Positions 24,896 through 34,694 of a DNA stretch of 64,000 nucleotides are shown one piece after another. This stretch comes from Ignavibacteriota bacterium (GTDB lineage: Bacteria > Bacteroidota > Ignavibacteria > UBA10030 > UBA6906). How positions within the stretch are numbered: the first letter of the stretch is position 1; each line of letters starts with the position of its first letter. Position numbers and translations under genes: made by a program. The stretch is from positions 35,415 to 99,414 of the forward strand of contig PMJQ01000203.1 in assembly GCA_003157485.1 (NCBI GenBank), written 5' to 3'. The notes below the pieces were generated by a model. That model was not told the origin of the DNA, searched no databases, and was given only the letters and a program-made list of their open reading frames with translations.

Positions 24896-26080
24896 CTATT
24901 TCAGCAAGAGAAGCCGCCTTGTCGCACTGTAATCCCCCGTGTTCATAGCACAGAAGTAGACTCCGCTGGGAAGCCCGCTCCCGTCGAATCGGACGTCGTG
25001 GGATCCCGCCTCCTCGTACCCGTTTACCGGTGTGGCCACCGCCTGGCCGAGCGCGTTGAACACGACGAGGGTCATTTTCGTGCGGCGGGCAACGGCATAC
25101 CTGATCGTTGTCGAAGGGTTGAACGGGTTCGGAAAATTCTGATACAGGCCAAATCCGGCGGGGACGTTTTCCCCCTTCTCCCGGACGCCGGTCGTCGCTC
25201 CCAGCCGGATTCTGTATACGCTGTTGCCGGACGTGATATAGAGCGTGCGCCGGTCGGAATCCCCCCAGTTGCAGTTTGATGTCTGCCCCGGGACGAGTAT
25301 CGTGTCAAGCACGGTCCCCTCCGGCGAGAACACCCAGATCCCCAGCGGTCCCGCGCTGAAGAGATTCCCCGAAGAATCCACTTTCATCCCGTCAGCGTAG
25401 CCCGCCGGGGTCATGGAGGCGAAAATCCTCCTGTTTGCAATCGTCGTGTCATGGAGGACGTCCCATACGTATATCACCCGCGCGGCCGAGTTGTTGACGT
25501 AGAGCCGCGTTTCATCCGGCGAAAAGCAGATGCCGTTCGGCAGGCTGAGCGAGCTGTCCATGAGCTGGAGCGCCCCGGACGTGCTTATTCTGAATATCCC
25601 GGAGAAACTCAGCTCTTGTGTCTGGCCTGTTGGAATATTGAAGGGGGGGTCGGTAAACCAGATCGAGCCGTCGGATTTTACAACGACGTCGTTGGGACTG
25701 TTTAGTTTCTTCCCGTCGAATCCTGAGGCCAGCGGGGTTATGTCCCCGTTCGTCTCCTGTCTTGCCACCCTGCGGAGCCCCATCTGCGTGAGGATCAGCC
25801 TCCCCCCGGCATCAAAAGCCAGCCCGTTGGAATTGCTGGATTGGCTCAGGTAGGTCCCTGTGCCTGTTGACGCGTTCCAGGAATATATCTTGCTCGCGTT
25901 AATATCAGAGAAGAGAAGTCCGGTGCCGTCTTTCCAGACCGGTCCCTCCACAAATTGAAAGTTCGTTGCGATTCTCTCCACTGCCGCTCCCGGGGGAACG
26001 GGGGACTGGCTCAGGGCAGGGGAGACTGCCGCGAAGAGGAGAATCGCTGATGCGCGGATCGACTGTCTTGTGATGGGCAT
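24896..26080 (-). CDS. SMP-30/gluconolactonase/LRE-like beta-propeller protein with T9SS CTD
   Basis: NGLAFDAGGRLILTQ, NSPNDVVVKSDGSIWFTDP, PNGICFSPDETRLYV, CTD YQNFPNPFNPSTTIRYAV...RRLLLLK. Start chosen at MPITRQSIRASAILLFAAV (26080). Confidence 0.8.
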   Translation of the reverse strand: MPITRQSIRASAILLFAAVSPALSQSPVPPGAAVERIATNFQFVEGPVWKDGTGLLFSDINASKIYSWNASTGTGTYLSQSSNSNGLAFDAGGRLILTQMGLRRVARQETNGDITPLASGFDGKKLNSPNDVVVKSDGSIWFTDPPFNIPTGQTQELSFSGIFRISTSGALQLMDSSLSLPNGICFSPDETRLYVNNSAARVIYVWDVLHDTTIANRRIFASMTPAGYADGMKVDSSGNLFSAGPLGIWVFSPEGTVLDTILVPGQTSNCNWGDSDRRTLYITSGNSVYRIRLGATTGVREKGENVPAGFGLYQNFPNPFNPSTTIRYAVARRTKMTLVVFNALGQAVATPVNGYEEAGSHDVRFDGSGLPSGVYFCAMNTGDYSATRRLLLLK

Positions 26081-26235
26081 GCGATTCACGTAGTGTCGGA
26101 GGATACGCCGGTGCGTGCGGGACCTGACCTCCGGACAGTGATGATCTTCGAATGGTCTCCGGACCGGAGTGTTCTTCAATCTACCGAATCCGCTTCTCGC
26201 GTGCAATGGACCGGCCGCGGCCCGTGCGGAGATCG

Positions 26236-26264
26236 TTGCACTTTCGGCAATTGAATCGTATCTT
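26236..26264 (+). promoter_or_regulatory. candidate sigma70-type promoter for the M1 peptidase gene
   Basis: TTGCAC-N17-TATCTT, about 200 nt upstream of the ATG at 26466. Confidence 0.35.
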
Positions 26265-26465
26265 GGACCCGGCCTATCCCGGAGTTCATTCACGCGCGCC
26301 CCTGAGTCGATCGGATCCGGGGCTTTCCTTTCTCCTGCCTGTCCCGCAATGTCACATTCGGAGGAACGCACAATCACGCACGCTCGAAGCCGGAAGGCTG
26401 CACGCGGGGGATGCAGTTCATATTCGCTGTACTTATGAAGAATTAACGACGGGACAAGACTTCAA

Positions 26466-27797
26466 ATGAAACCGACATTGACTGGAGTGCTCCTTGTAGC
26501 AGCGGCGTTTGCGGCGATCAACACGGCGGACGCTCAGGGGAAAAGCCCGGCGCCCGCCTACACGCTTTCCGTCAGGATAGACCCTGCGGCCGGGCGCGTT
26601 GAGGGAAAAACGGAGGTTCGCGGCCTGCAGGACACGGCGGTGATGCTGAATGCGGCGATGGAGATCAGCCGCTTCGAATCGGCCGGGCGCGCGGTACCGT
26701 TCACGAGGAAGCCCTCGGGTTTCATGCCGGGTACCACGGAAGTGTTGATCCCTGCCGGATTCCGGGACAGTCTCCTGATCGAATACGCGGGAGAGATGAA
26801 CCAGGATTCATACCCGCCAATCCTGAGCGCAGCGAACATGATCAGGCCGGGACTCGTAGAACTCGCGATGTATCTTACCTGGTATCCGAGGCCTGCGAGC
26901 GGCGCGGTGTTCACGTTCGATCTGAACGCCGACCTCCCGTCGGACTACGTTACGGTGACGAACGGCACGCCGGCGGGAAAGAAAGAGGAGAACGGCCGGA
27001 ACATCACGCAGTGGAAGTCGTACGCTCCCGGGAACGACATCGCCCTCCTTGCCGCGCCGAACCTCCGCCGCGCCGATACGAGTCTGGGAAGCGTGGCGGT
27101 GGAGATTTATTACGACAAACTTCCATTGACCTACGTCGATTCCATGAAGACGAATCTCCTCAGGTCCATGGACCGGCTCACAACACTCCTGGGGAAACCG
27201 GCAGCGGCGGGATTGATCCGGGTCGCCTATTCTCCGCGGCAGGCCTGGGGCTACGTGCGCATGCCGTTCATCGTCGTTTCGGAAGGGAACGCCCTCTCGT
27301 GGCGGTCGAAGGAGTTCGGGACGGCGAGGGATTTCAGGTATCTCACGCACGAGATAGCCCACTACTGGTGGAAGTACGCGAACATGGCAACACCGGATGA
27401 CTGGATCAACGAGGGGCTGGCCGAGTATTCGGCGTTCATGGTCTCCCGGGAGATCGTAGGAAAAGAGTTCGCGGACAGGCTTCTTGTCGAATGCAGGGAG
27501 CGCGCCTCGCAGAGCAAGACCGCCGACCCGGTTGCGGAGACGCAGGCGACTTCTCGCGATCGTGAGATCAACAGGTACGACAAGCCCGTCCTTCTCTTGA
27601 ACGCGCTCCGGGTGAAATACGGAGATGCGAAATTCGACGCATTTCTACGGGCACTGTATTCCCGCTTTTCCTCGGCGAACGATGCGACGACGGCAATGTT
27701 TCTTGAAGTAACCCGGAAGGAGCTCGGAGCCGAAGCGCGGGCGATGGTTCAGAAGGCAGTCTACGGCAAGGTGTGGGTTGAACCCGGCGTGCAATAG
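26466..27797 (+). CDS. M1-family (gluzincin) metallopeptidase, secreted
   Basis: HEIAHYWW...(18 aa)...NEGLAEY zinc motif. Signal peptide MKPTLTGVLLVAAAFAAINTADAQ. Confidence 0.75.
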   Translation: MKPTLTGVLLVAAAFAAINTADAQGKSPAPAYTLSVRIDPAAGRVEGKTEVRGLQDTAVMLNAAMEISRFESAGRAVPFTRKPSGFMPGTTEVLIPAGFRDSLLIEYAGEMNQDSYPPILSAANMIRPGLVELAMYLTWYPRPASGAVFTFDLNADLPSDYVTVTNGTPAGKKEENGRNITQWKSYAPGNDIALLAAPNLRRADTSLGSVAVEIYYDKLPLTYVDSMKTNLLRSMDRLTTLLGKPAAAGLIRVAYSPRQAWGYVRMPFIVVSEGNALSWRSKEFGTARDFRYLTHEIAHYWWKYANMATPDDWINEGLAEYSAFMVSREIVGKEFADRLLVECRERASQSKTADPVAETQATSRDREINRYDKPVLLLNALRVKYGDAKFDAFLRALYSRFSSANDATTAMFLEVTRKELGAEARAMVQKAVYGKVWVEPGVQ

Positions 27798-27916
27798 ACG
27801 GCCGGTCTGCTCTATCTCCTTGGGCGATCATGTGGCTCGTGCCCGAACGCAGAATCGAGAAAATCCTCAGCTGACATCCGCGGAAGTCCTGTTCACCTGG
27901 AAGACGACACGGACAC

Positions 27917-28381
27917 TCAGAACACGTAGCGCGCTCCGATTCCCGGGTCGAGCGGTATGCCCGATGGGGTGATGAGCTGGAGTGACGGCCCGAAATCCAG
28001 AAGTCTGTCGATCGGCGTCCTGTACACCCGCCAGTCGATGTCGGGCATGTCTCCCCTGAACTCAAAATCGCTGTACCCGGCTTCGGTCGACGATCGTTCG
28101 GTCGGGTTGCCGGATTCGAACGACTCCCATGGATGATCCACGCGGAAATGAACCCTGTCTGTCACGTCGTAGGTTCCCATGTAATCCCGGTTCCGCTCCG
28201 TACCGGCAAGCCAGCCGAGACCGAAATCGAACTCACGCTCAGTCGCCGTCCAACGTCTTCCGCTCGCGCCTGATTTGGGAACGGTGGAAACGCCGGGTTT
28301 GGCCGGCAATTCCTGAGCGAGGCTCGCCTGCACTGCAAAAATCGACAAGATCGCAACTGCGGCAAAATACAAATGCTTCAT
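27917..28381 (-). CDS. small secreted or outer-membrane hypothetical protein
   Basis: Signal peptide MKHLYFAAVAILSIFAVQASLAQ. C-terminal ...GIGARYVF resembles an OMP terminus. Confidence 0.55.
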   Translation of the reverse strand: MKHLYFAAVAILSIFAVQASLAQELPAKPGVSTVPKSGASGRRWTATEREFDFGLGWLAGTERNRDYMGTYDVTDRVHFRVDHPWESFESGNPTERSSTEAGYSDFEFRGDMPDIDWRVYRTPIDRLLDFGPSLQLITPSGIPLDPGIGARYVF

Positions 28382-28657
28382 GGTTGCACCCTTCGCACTT
28401 ACTCCTGCGTCCCCACGCCCGCGTCACGGAGAACCCGTGACCGTGCATGAATGACACTCCGAATCCTCTCCAGCTTACGGGGAACCTGCTCGGAATGAAT
28501 CGGCTCAAAGGATGAATAAGTAGTTAGTCCCCGCTGGCAAGGGACAATTTCGAGCAGATATTCCGGGACTTCTCTATATTGGGGCACCGTTTTTCGCCGG
28601 TTTGCGGTCCAAACGTGGTCTTTTCAACAGGAATTGAGAAAAGCGTACTGAATTCCC

Positions 28658-29542
28658 ATGGTCCTCACCCCCGAGAAAGGCTTGCGATCCACGATCCTGG
28701 GGATACTTGCCAACGCCGTTCTGGCGGTGATCAAGGGGATCGCGGGAGTCCTGGGAAACTCCTACGCCCTCATTGCCGACGCGATTGAATCCACGACCGA
28801 CATCGCAAGCTCGCTGATTGTGTGGGGGGGGCTCAAGATCTCCGGGATCCCCCCGGACATCGACCATCCGTACGGCCACGGCAAGGCCGAGCCGCTGGCG
28901 GCGACCGTCGTCTCCCTCTTCCTGTTTGCCGTTGCAATCGCCATCGCAATCCAGAGCGCCCGGGAGATCGTGACGCCGCACCATGCGCCCGCCCCTTTCA
29001 CGCTCATCGTGCTTGTCGTTGTCGTCATTACGAAGGAGTCCCTCTTCCGGTTTGTCTTTAATGTGGGGAAGAGCATTGACAGCACGGCGGTGAAGAGCGA
29101 CGCGTGGCACCACAGGAGCGACGCGATCACGTCCGCCTCCGCCGCGATTGGGATTTCCATCGCGATTATCGGCGGCCCCGGATATGAAAGCGCCGACGAC
29201 TGGGCGGCCATGTTCGCCTCCGTCATCATCGCGTTCAATGCGTACCGGATACTGCGTCCCGCCATCAACGAGGTGATGGACGCCGCTCCGACCTCGGAGG
29301 TCGAGAAGGCGGTCAGGGAGACGGCGCGGCGCGTTGACGGTGTGCTCGGTCTCGAGAAATGCCGTATCAGGAAGATGGGATTGTGGTATTACGTGGATCT
29401 GCACGTCACTGTCGAGGGGAGCATGGCCGTGCGCGAGGGGCATGAAATCGCCCGGAACGTCAGGGCGAAGATCCTGGAAATCCATGCGAACATCGCCGAT
29501 GTCCTTATCCACATTGAGCCGTCCGACTTGCTGGAGGAATAA
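28658..29542 (+). CDS. cation diffusion facilitator (CDF) family metal efflux transporter
   Basis: Six predicted TMs, ALIADAIESTTD and HHRSDAITS metal-site motifs, cytoplasmic C-terminal domain. Confidence 0.85.
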   Translation: MVLTPEKGLRSTILGILANAVLAVIKGIAGVLGNSYALIADAIESTTDIASSLIVWGGLKISGIPPDIDHPYGHGKAEPLAATVVSLFLFAVAIAIAIQSAREIVTPHHAPAPFTLIVLVVVVITKESLFRFVFNVGKSIDSTAVKSDAWHHRSDAITSASAAIGISIAIIGGPGYESADDWAAMFASVIIAFNAYRILRPAINEVMDAAPTSEVEKAVRETARRVDGVLGLEKCRIRKMGLWYYVDLHVTVEGSMAVREGHEIARNVRAKILEIHANIADVLIHIEPSDLLEE

Positions 29543-29543
29543 C

Positions 29544-30221
29544 ATGAAGATCAAGACGATTGTCTACGGTGCGACCGGAATGGTGGGGGAGGGTGTGCTT
29601 CACGTTTGTCTGAACGATCCGGACGTGGAATCGGTCCTTGTGGTGGGACGGAGAACCTGCGGGGTGAGCCACCCGAAGTTGTTGGAGGTCCTTCACGATG
29701 ATTTCTTCAACTACACCCCGATCGAATCGCGGCTTGCGGGATGCAATGCCTGCTATTTCTGTCTTGGCGTCTCATCCATCGGCATGAGCGAGAAGGAGTA
29801 CCGGCGGACGACGTATGATCTCACAATGGCCGCCGCAAAGATCCTTGCGAGGCTCAACCCGGACATGACGTTTTGTTACGTCTCGGGGATGGGAACCGAT
29901 TCATCCGAGAAAGGGCGGAGCATGTGGGCCCGCGTGAAAGGGAAGACGGAGAACGATTTGCAGAAGCTCCCGTTCAAAGATGTGTTCTGTTTCAGGCCGG
30001 GTTTCATAAAGCCGATCAAAGGGCTGAAGAACGCGTTCACACTTGCAAAGATCATGGGCGCCGTCTATCCCCTTTGGAAGGCGCTCGTTCCAAAATATGT
30101 CTGCACGCTGGATGACCTGGGACATGCAATGATCAGCGTGACCCGGAATCCCCCGCGCGAGCGGGTGATTGAGTGCCTTGAGATCGCGCGGCTCGGTGCC
30201 TCCCGTCCTGCCACCTCTTGA
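29544..30221 (+). CDS. NAD(P)H-binding Rossmann protein (atypical SDR/epimerase-like)
   Basis: GGAGGAATAAC-ATG, then MKIKTIVYGATGMVGEGVL (GxxGxxG). Confidence 0.7.
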   Translation: MKIKTIVYGATGMVGEGVLHVCLNDPDVESVLVVGRRTCGVSHPKLLEVLHDDFFNYTPIESRLAGCNACYFCLGVSSIGMSEKEYRRTTYDLTMAAAKILARLNPDMTFCYVSGMGTDSSEKGRSMWARVKGKTENDLQKLPFKDVFCFRPGFIKPIKGLKNAFTLAKIMGAVYPLWKALVPKYVCTLDDLGHAMISVTRNPPRERVIECLEIARLGASRPATS

Positions 30222-30290
30222 CTGCTCCGCCCGGCGCAGCCGGTCCTCCCGCCGCATGACCCTGAGTCGCCGCAGGCGGGGTGAGGAGGA

Positions 30291-30626
30291 CTAGAAGAGG
30301 CTCGAGAGGAACCCGCCGAACTGTATGATGCATCCCCCGCAGACGATCACCGCAAGTCCTATCCATGTCGAGGGGGGGACGCTCTCCCTGAACACGAGGA
30401 ATCCCGTCATCACGCTGACAACCGCGAACACTGCCACGTACACACCGAGCAGCTTCGAGAAATCCCACCGCACGAGATTGACAGCCACTCCGTAACAGCT
30501 CAGGACGAGACATCCGAGGAGGATCGGGAAAATGCCTTCCCCTCTCATCCCTTTCCGGATAAACGCGTCTCCTCCGACTTCGAACGCTGCCGCTGCGAGT
30601 AACGCCAGCCACGCGAACTGCTTCAT
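30291..30626 (-). CDS. small 4-TM membrane protein (YnfA/SMR-like, DMT superfamily)
   Basis: 111 aa from MKQFAWLALLAAAAFEVGGDAF, four hydrophobic segments. Confidence 0.6.
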   Translation of the reverse strand: MKQFAWLALLAAAAFEVGGDAFIRKGMRGEGIFPILLGCLVLSCYGVAVNLVRWDFSKLLGVYVAVFAVVSVMTGFLVFRESVPPSTWIGLAVIVCGGCIIQFGGFLSSLF

Positions 30627-30680
30627 TTTGTCATCCTTCCGTGTGATGTAAATAAATCTCATAAAACTATAAAAAAGTAC

Positions 30681-30709
30681 TTGACATTTCCTAAAAGTTC
30701 CTTATAATA
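30681..30709 (+). promoter_or_regulatory. perfect-consensus sigma70 promoter in an AT-rich patch
   Basis: TTGACA(30681-30686)-N17-TATAAT(30704-30709), about 165 nt upstream of the porin ATG at 30873. Confidence 0.65.
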
Positions 30710-30872
30710 TAACGTGTAAGCTTAAATATGCCTTACTTAATAAGGTATACGGCATTTTGAACCTCATAATAGTAATGAACGTCCCCCCGCGCGGGGGAAC
30801 CCCGGGGGACATTCACCCTGCGCAGGAATCTGACCCGTCAATCCACAATCATTCACTATCACGAGGTGCCTC

Positions 30873-32009
30873 ATGTTATTGAGGAATGTTGCCACTGTGT
30901 GTCGGTCAACGGCCGCGCTGTTAAGCGCGGTCGCCGTCATAGGCCAGAGCGCGTACTGCCAGGCAAAAGACACTGCCGCTGCTCCGGCAAAAGACACTGC
31001 TGCCGCTCCTGCCGCAGCCCCGGCCCCCCCGGCGGTGACGATAACGGGGTTCGTGGACACGTATTTTGAGTACAATCTCGACCGTCCGACGACCCACGTC
31101 AACGAGCTGCGCAATTTTGACGTTACGGACGAACAATTTACCGTGGCAATGGCCGAAATCCAGATTCAGAGGGCGGCCGCGCCTGTCGGGTTTACCGTCG
31201 ATCTCGATTTCGGGCAGGCGAACGATATCGCGCAGAGCGGCGAGCCCGGCTCGCTTGCGAACGTGCGGCAGGCATATGCCACCCTGATTATCCCCGTCGG
31301 GTCCGGACTGACCGTCGACATGGGGAAATTCGTTACGCATTGCTGCTTCGAGACGATTCCTGCAAAGGACAACTTCAACTACAGCCGTTCGCTCCTTTTC
31401 GCCTGGTCCGTCCCCTATTATCACCTGGGCGCCAGGGCTGCATACACGCTTTCGAGCACGATCACGCTCAACGGGTATCTGTATGACGGCTGGAACGGGA
31501 TCCCCGTCAACAGCGGGAAGACGCTGGGATTTGAAGGGGTATATGCCCCGACAAGTGCGCTCTCGTTCACGCTCAACTGGCTCGGCGGGCCGGCGCTCCC
31601 CGATTCGGTGACGAAGAAGTACCGGAACGTCTATGAAGTCATCGCAAGTTATGCGGCGACTGACAAACTCACGCTGGCGCTCAACTGGGTGTACGGCGAA
31701 GACCATCCCCCGGCCATGACGGCAGTGTGGCGCGGGCTTGCCGGCTACGTGAAATACGCGCTGAACGATGTCTCGAGCTTTGCCGTTCGGTGCGAAGAGT
31801 TCGACGACCCGGAAGGGTTCATGACGGGCGCCATTCAGACTCTCAGCGAAGGCACTCTGACATACGAATACAAGCCGTTCCCGACGATCATCCTTCGCGG
31901 GGAGTACCGTTATGACTGGTCCGACGTGCCGGCATTCGACGGGACCGCGGGGAAATTCTCAAGGAGGAACCAGTCCACGCTCGCCATGGGTGCGATCGTG
32001 ACGTTCTGA
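30873..32009 (+). CDS. outer-membrane beta-barrel porin (OmpL-like / bbp2-type)
   Basis: Signal peptide, Ala/Pro linker, then ITGFVDTYFEYNLDRP...FTVDLDFGQAN. Ends ...AMGAIVTF. Confidence 0.65.
   Translation: MLLRNVATVCRSTAALLSAVAVIGQSAYCQAKDTAAAPAKDTAAAPAAAPAPPAVTITGFVDTYFEYNLDRPTTHVNELRNFDVTDEQFTVAMAEIQIQRAAAPVGFTVDLDFGQANDIAQSGEPGSLANVRQAYATLIIPVGSGLTVDMGKFVTHCCFETIPAKDNFNYSRSLLFAWSVPYYHLGARAAYTLSSTITLNGYLYDGWNGIPVNSGKTLGFEGVYAPTSALSFTLNWLGGPALPDSVTKKYRNVYEVIASYAATDKLTLALNWVYGEDHPPAMTAVWRGLAGYVKYALNDVSSFAVRCEEFDDPEGFMTGAIQTLSEGTLTYEYKPFPTIILRGEYRYDWSDVPAFDGTAGKFSRRNQSTLAMGAIVTF
30963..31010 (+). repeat. 2 x 24-nt tandem duplication inside the porin linker
   Basis: GCAAAAGACACTGCCGCTGCTCCG / GCAAAAGACACTGCTGCCGCTCCT, encoding AKDTAAAP twice. 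Confidence 0.7.
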
Positions 32010-32076
32010 GTTCGTGAAACGTCGTCCCTCTTGATGATTATTTAACCAGAAGATACACATCAGAAAGGAATTTCGT

Positions 32077-33636
32077 ATGGCAGCCGAAACGACAAATCCG
32101 ACGGGAGGCATGAAGAAAACGCTCGGCCTCACCGGTGTCACGGTGAACGCTATGGCGCTCATTGCCCCCGGTGCGTTTCTGTGGATCACGTTCCAGATAC
32201 AGGCGGCGAACAACGGGGGAGCCACAGACATGTGGACCGGAATTGTCGCCGCTCTTATCGTCGCATTTCTGACGGCAGTCGCATTCTCCGAGATGGCCCG
32301 CCGCTATCCTGAGGCGGGTGCCGGAGGGTCGTACTACTTTGCCGAGAAAGCGTTTCTTGACAGGGACAAAGCCTCGCATCAGCGGTTCGCGCGTATTGCA
32401 AAATTCCTCACCGGCTGGGCCGCACATCTCTTTTACTGGGTCTATCCGGGCGTCATGGTTGCGTTCATGGCGACGCTGGTGGCGTACATTCTGGGTCAGT
32501 TCGGCATCGACGTGCCGATCCCCTACCAGATCGGGGTCGCCATTCTGTTCTCAATTGCCGTAGGATTCATCGCGGTGCGCGGCATCACCGGCTCGACGAA
32601 CGTGGCGATCGCGATCAACGTCATTCAGCTCGTTTCGCTTGTCGGCTTCAGCGTGCTCGCGATCATGTTCAGGATGCAGAATCCGCTTCACGCGACCACG
32701 TGGGCTCACCCGAACGCCTTTTCGATCACGTTTCCGCACAGCCTATCGGCGATGCTCTTCCAGTCCACGATTGCGATACTCATACTCGTCGGGTTCGAGT
32801 CCTCGACGTCCCTGGCAGGGGAGGCGATTAACGCGAAACGGGACATCCCGCGCGGCGTCCTCCTCTCCCTCGTGATCCAGGGGCTGTTCGCGTACCTTTT
32901 TGAGTACTTTGCGGCCAACTACGCCGTGAGCGAGAAGCTTGTCAATGTCGCGGCGGACGGCACCAAGACGTTCGGGATGGACGCCGCCGCGGCATCCGGC
33001 GCGCCTATCGGCGACCTGACGCGGCTGATCGGCGACTCCATGCTCGGCGGGAATGGGTTCATCCTTATGATCATTATCGCCATCACCGTCGGCCTCGCTG
33101 TCCTTGGGACGACACTCGCGGCGATGAATACCGCCGTCAGGATAAGCTTCGCGATGGCGCAGGACAAGGAGATGCCCGCCTTGATGGGTGCCCTTCACGG
33201 GAAGCACGCCACGCCGCATATGGGCGTCTGGTTCCTTGTCGCGGTATCGGCGATCATCGGATCGGTGGGTGTCCTGAATGTCACGGCGCTCACGGGGATC
33301 ACGCTTGCCTCGAATATCGGGACGTTTATTCTCTATGCGCTCATCTGCGGCCTGACGTTTGTGACGTTCGTCGGCAGGTCCGAGTTCCACAGCGTGAAGC
33401 ATGCGGTGATCCCGCTCGTCGGCCTCCTGGGGAACATCGGACTCCTCGTCGGGGTTGTTGTGATAGGGCTGACGACGCCCGGTGTCTCTGCCGACGCGAC
33501 GCAGATGGCAATATGGATGACTGTCGGATGGGGAGTCATAAGCGCGGTGTATCTTGTGATGAACAGCCGGAAGCACGCGAAACACATCGTCCCTCCGGCG
33601 CATATGATGGGCGGGCAGGCTGCGCCGAACAAGTAG
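32077..33636 (+). CDS. APC-superfamily amino acid/polyamine permease
   Basis: 519 aa with about 12-13 TMs and an N-terminal GLTGVTVNAMALIAPGAFLW motif typical of amino-acid permeases. Confidence 0.8.
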   Translation: MAAETTNPTGGMKKTLGLTGVTVNAMALIAPGAFLWITFQIQAANNGGATDMWTGIVAALIVAFLTAVAFSEMARRYPEAGAGGSYYFAEKAFLDRDKASHQRFARIAKFLTGWAAHLFYWVYPGVMVAFMATLVAYILGQFGIDVPIPYQIGVAILFSIAVGFIAVRGITGSTNVAIAINVIQLVSLVGFSVLAIMFRMQNPLHATTWAHPNAFSITFPHSLSAMLFQSTIAILILVGFESSTSLAGEAINAKRDIPRGVLLSLVIQGLFAYLFEYFAANYAVSEKLVNVAADGTKTFGMDAAAASGAPIGDLTRLIGDSMLGGNGFILMIIIAITVGLAVLGTTLAAMNTAVRISFAMAQDKEMPALMGALHGKHATPHMGVWFLVAVSAIIGSVGVLNVTALTGITLASNIGTFILYALICGLTFVTFVGRSEFHSVKHAVIPLVGLLGNIGLLVGVVVIGLTTPGVSADATQMAIWMTVGWGVISAVYLVMNSRKHAKHIVPPAHMMGGQAAPNK

Positions 33637-33680
33637 TTTCGTTAAATATCAGCAACGCTGAGAAAAATCGCCTTCGCAGC

Positions 33681-33714
33681 AAAGGGAGGGGACTGGTGGG
33701 GTCCTCCTCCCTTT
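33681..33714 (+). terminator. terminator after the porin-permease unit
   Basis: AAAGGGAGGGGAC...GTCCTCCTCCCTTT hairpin followed by CTGCGTATTT. Confidence 0.55.
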
Positions 33715-33736
33715 CTGCGTATTTACATTGAAGTTC

Positions 33737-34579
33737 ATGACATCAGACGAATTGCCGGAAATAGACTCGCACGGTATCAGCCGCCCTGGGAAAGTGCGTG
33801 AGGACAACCAGGATGCCATCAGGTTTTGCCGTCCTGACGACCTCACGGTGAAGTACGGACCTCTCTACGGCATTGCTGACGGGATGGGGGGGTACTCCCA
33901 CGGAGGCGTCGCAAGTTCACTGGCGCTTGAGACGTTCTTCGATACGTTTTACAAGAGCAACGGAGTATCCCTCCCCCAGAAGCTCCGCCTCGGAGTGCAG
34001 AACGCCAATCTGGGGATATTTCAAACCGCGCAGCGGCTCGGCGTGGCGAAGATGGGGACGACGCTCACCGCGGTGAACCTGGTCGGAAAAACTCTCAACC
34101 TGGTGCACGTCGGGGACAGCCGGGCGTATCTCATACGTGACAATGTCGCAAGGTGTCTCACGAACGATCACACGCGCGTCGGGGAGATGGTCCGCATGAA
34201 GATGCTCTCCCCCGAGAAGGTCCGCACACACGCCCAGCGGTCCGTCCTCAGCAAATGCCTTGGCGTGGGGCTCTTTGTTCAGCCCGACATATTTCAGGTC
34301 CAGGTCCAGGAAGGAGACATCATCGTTCTCTGCACTGACGGCGTATGGTCAGTCGTCGAAGATGCGGAATTCTCTCTCCTCGCAACCGCCTGCAGCGGCC
34401 CTGAGGACCTGAGCCGACAGATTTATGAGCTCGCAATGAACCGGGACAGCGACGACAATCTCTCAATCGTTTCGCTCTATATTCGCCGCCTCCCGACGGG
34501 GGACCCGGCTGACGATTCCGAGCCCGCTTGGCCCATGCGGCTCCTCAGGAGGCTCATCAACCGGCGCGGGGAGCCGTGA
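33737..34579 (+). CDS. PP2C-family Ser/Thr protein phosphatase
   Basis: GIADGMGGYSHG, VGDSRAYL, LCTDGVW, DDNLSIV motifs. Alternative TTG start at 33728. Confidence 0.85.
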   Translation: MTSDELPEIDSHGISRPGKVREDNQDAIRFCRPDDLTVKYGPLYGIADGMGGYSHGGVASSLALETFFDTFYKSNGVSLPQKLRLGVQNANLGIFQTAQRLGVAKMGTTLTAVNLVGKTLNLVHVGDSRAYLIRDNVARCLTNDHTRVGEMVRMKMLSPEKVRTHAQRSVLSKCLGVGLFVQPDIFQVQVQEGDIIVLCTDGVWSVVEDAEFSLLATACSGPEDLSRQIYELAMNRDSDDNLSIVSLYIRRLPTGDPADDSEPAWPMRLLRRLINRRGEP

Positions 34580-34694
34580 CCCGATCCGTGCCCGATTCTG
34601 CAATTCTGGCCGATTGGCTGCTCCGGGCTGCATTTCCGGGTCGGCCATAATATCGCATTTGAAGGGAATTCTCAATATAATGAGGGGTTGAACG

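Noticed and set aside
26081-26377. 99-codon N-terminal extension of the SMP-30/T9SS ORF. Similar upstream extensions exist at 23696-23833, 20449-20484 and 39445-39492.
   Set aside because: The extensions have no signal peptide and odd composition. Internal ATGs give standard signal peptides and, where present, RBS-like sequences.
28440-28657. Possible metal riboswitch (czcD/NiCo or yybP-ykoY type) upstream of the CDF transporter
   Set aside because: I found only a short hairpin (GTCCC...GGGAC) and a vague AAAGGAUGAAUAAGUAG. I could not find the conserved cores of either riboswitch class as I remember them. This needs cmsearch before any claim.
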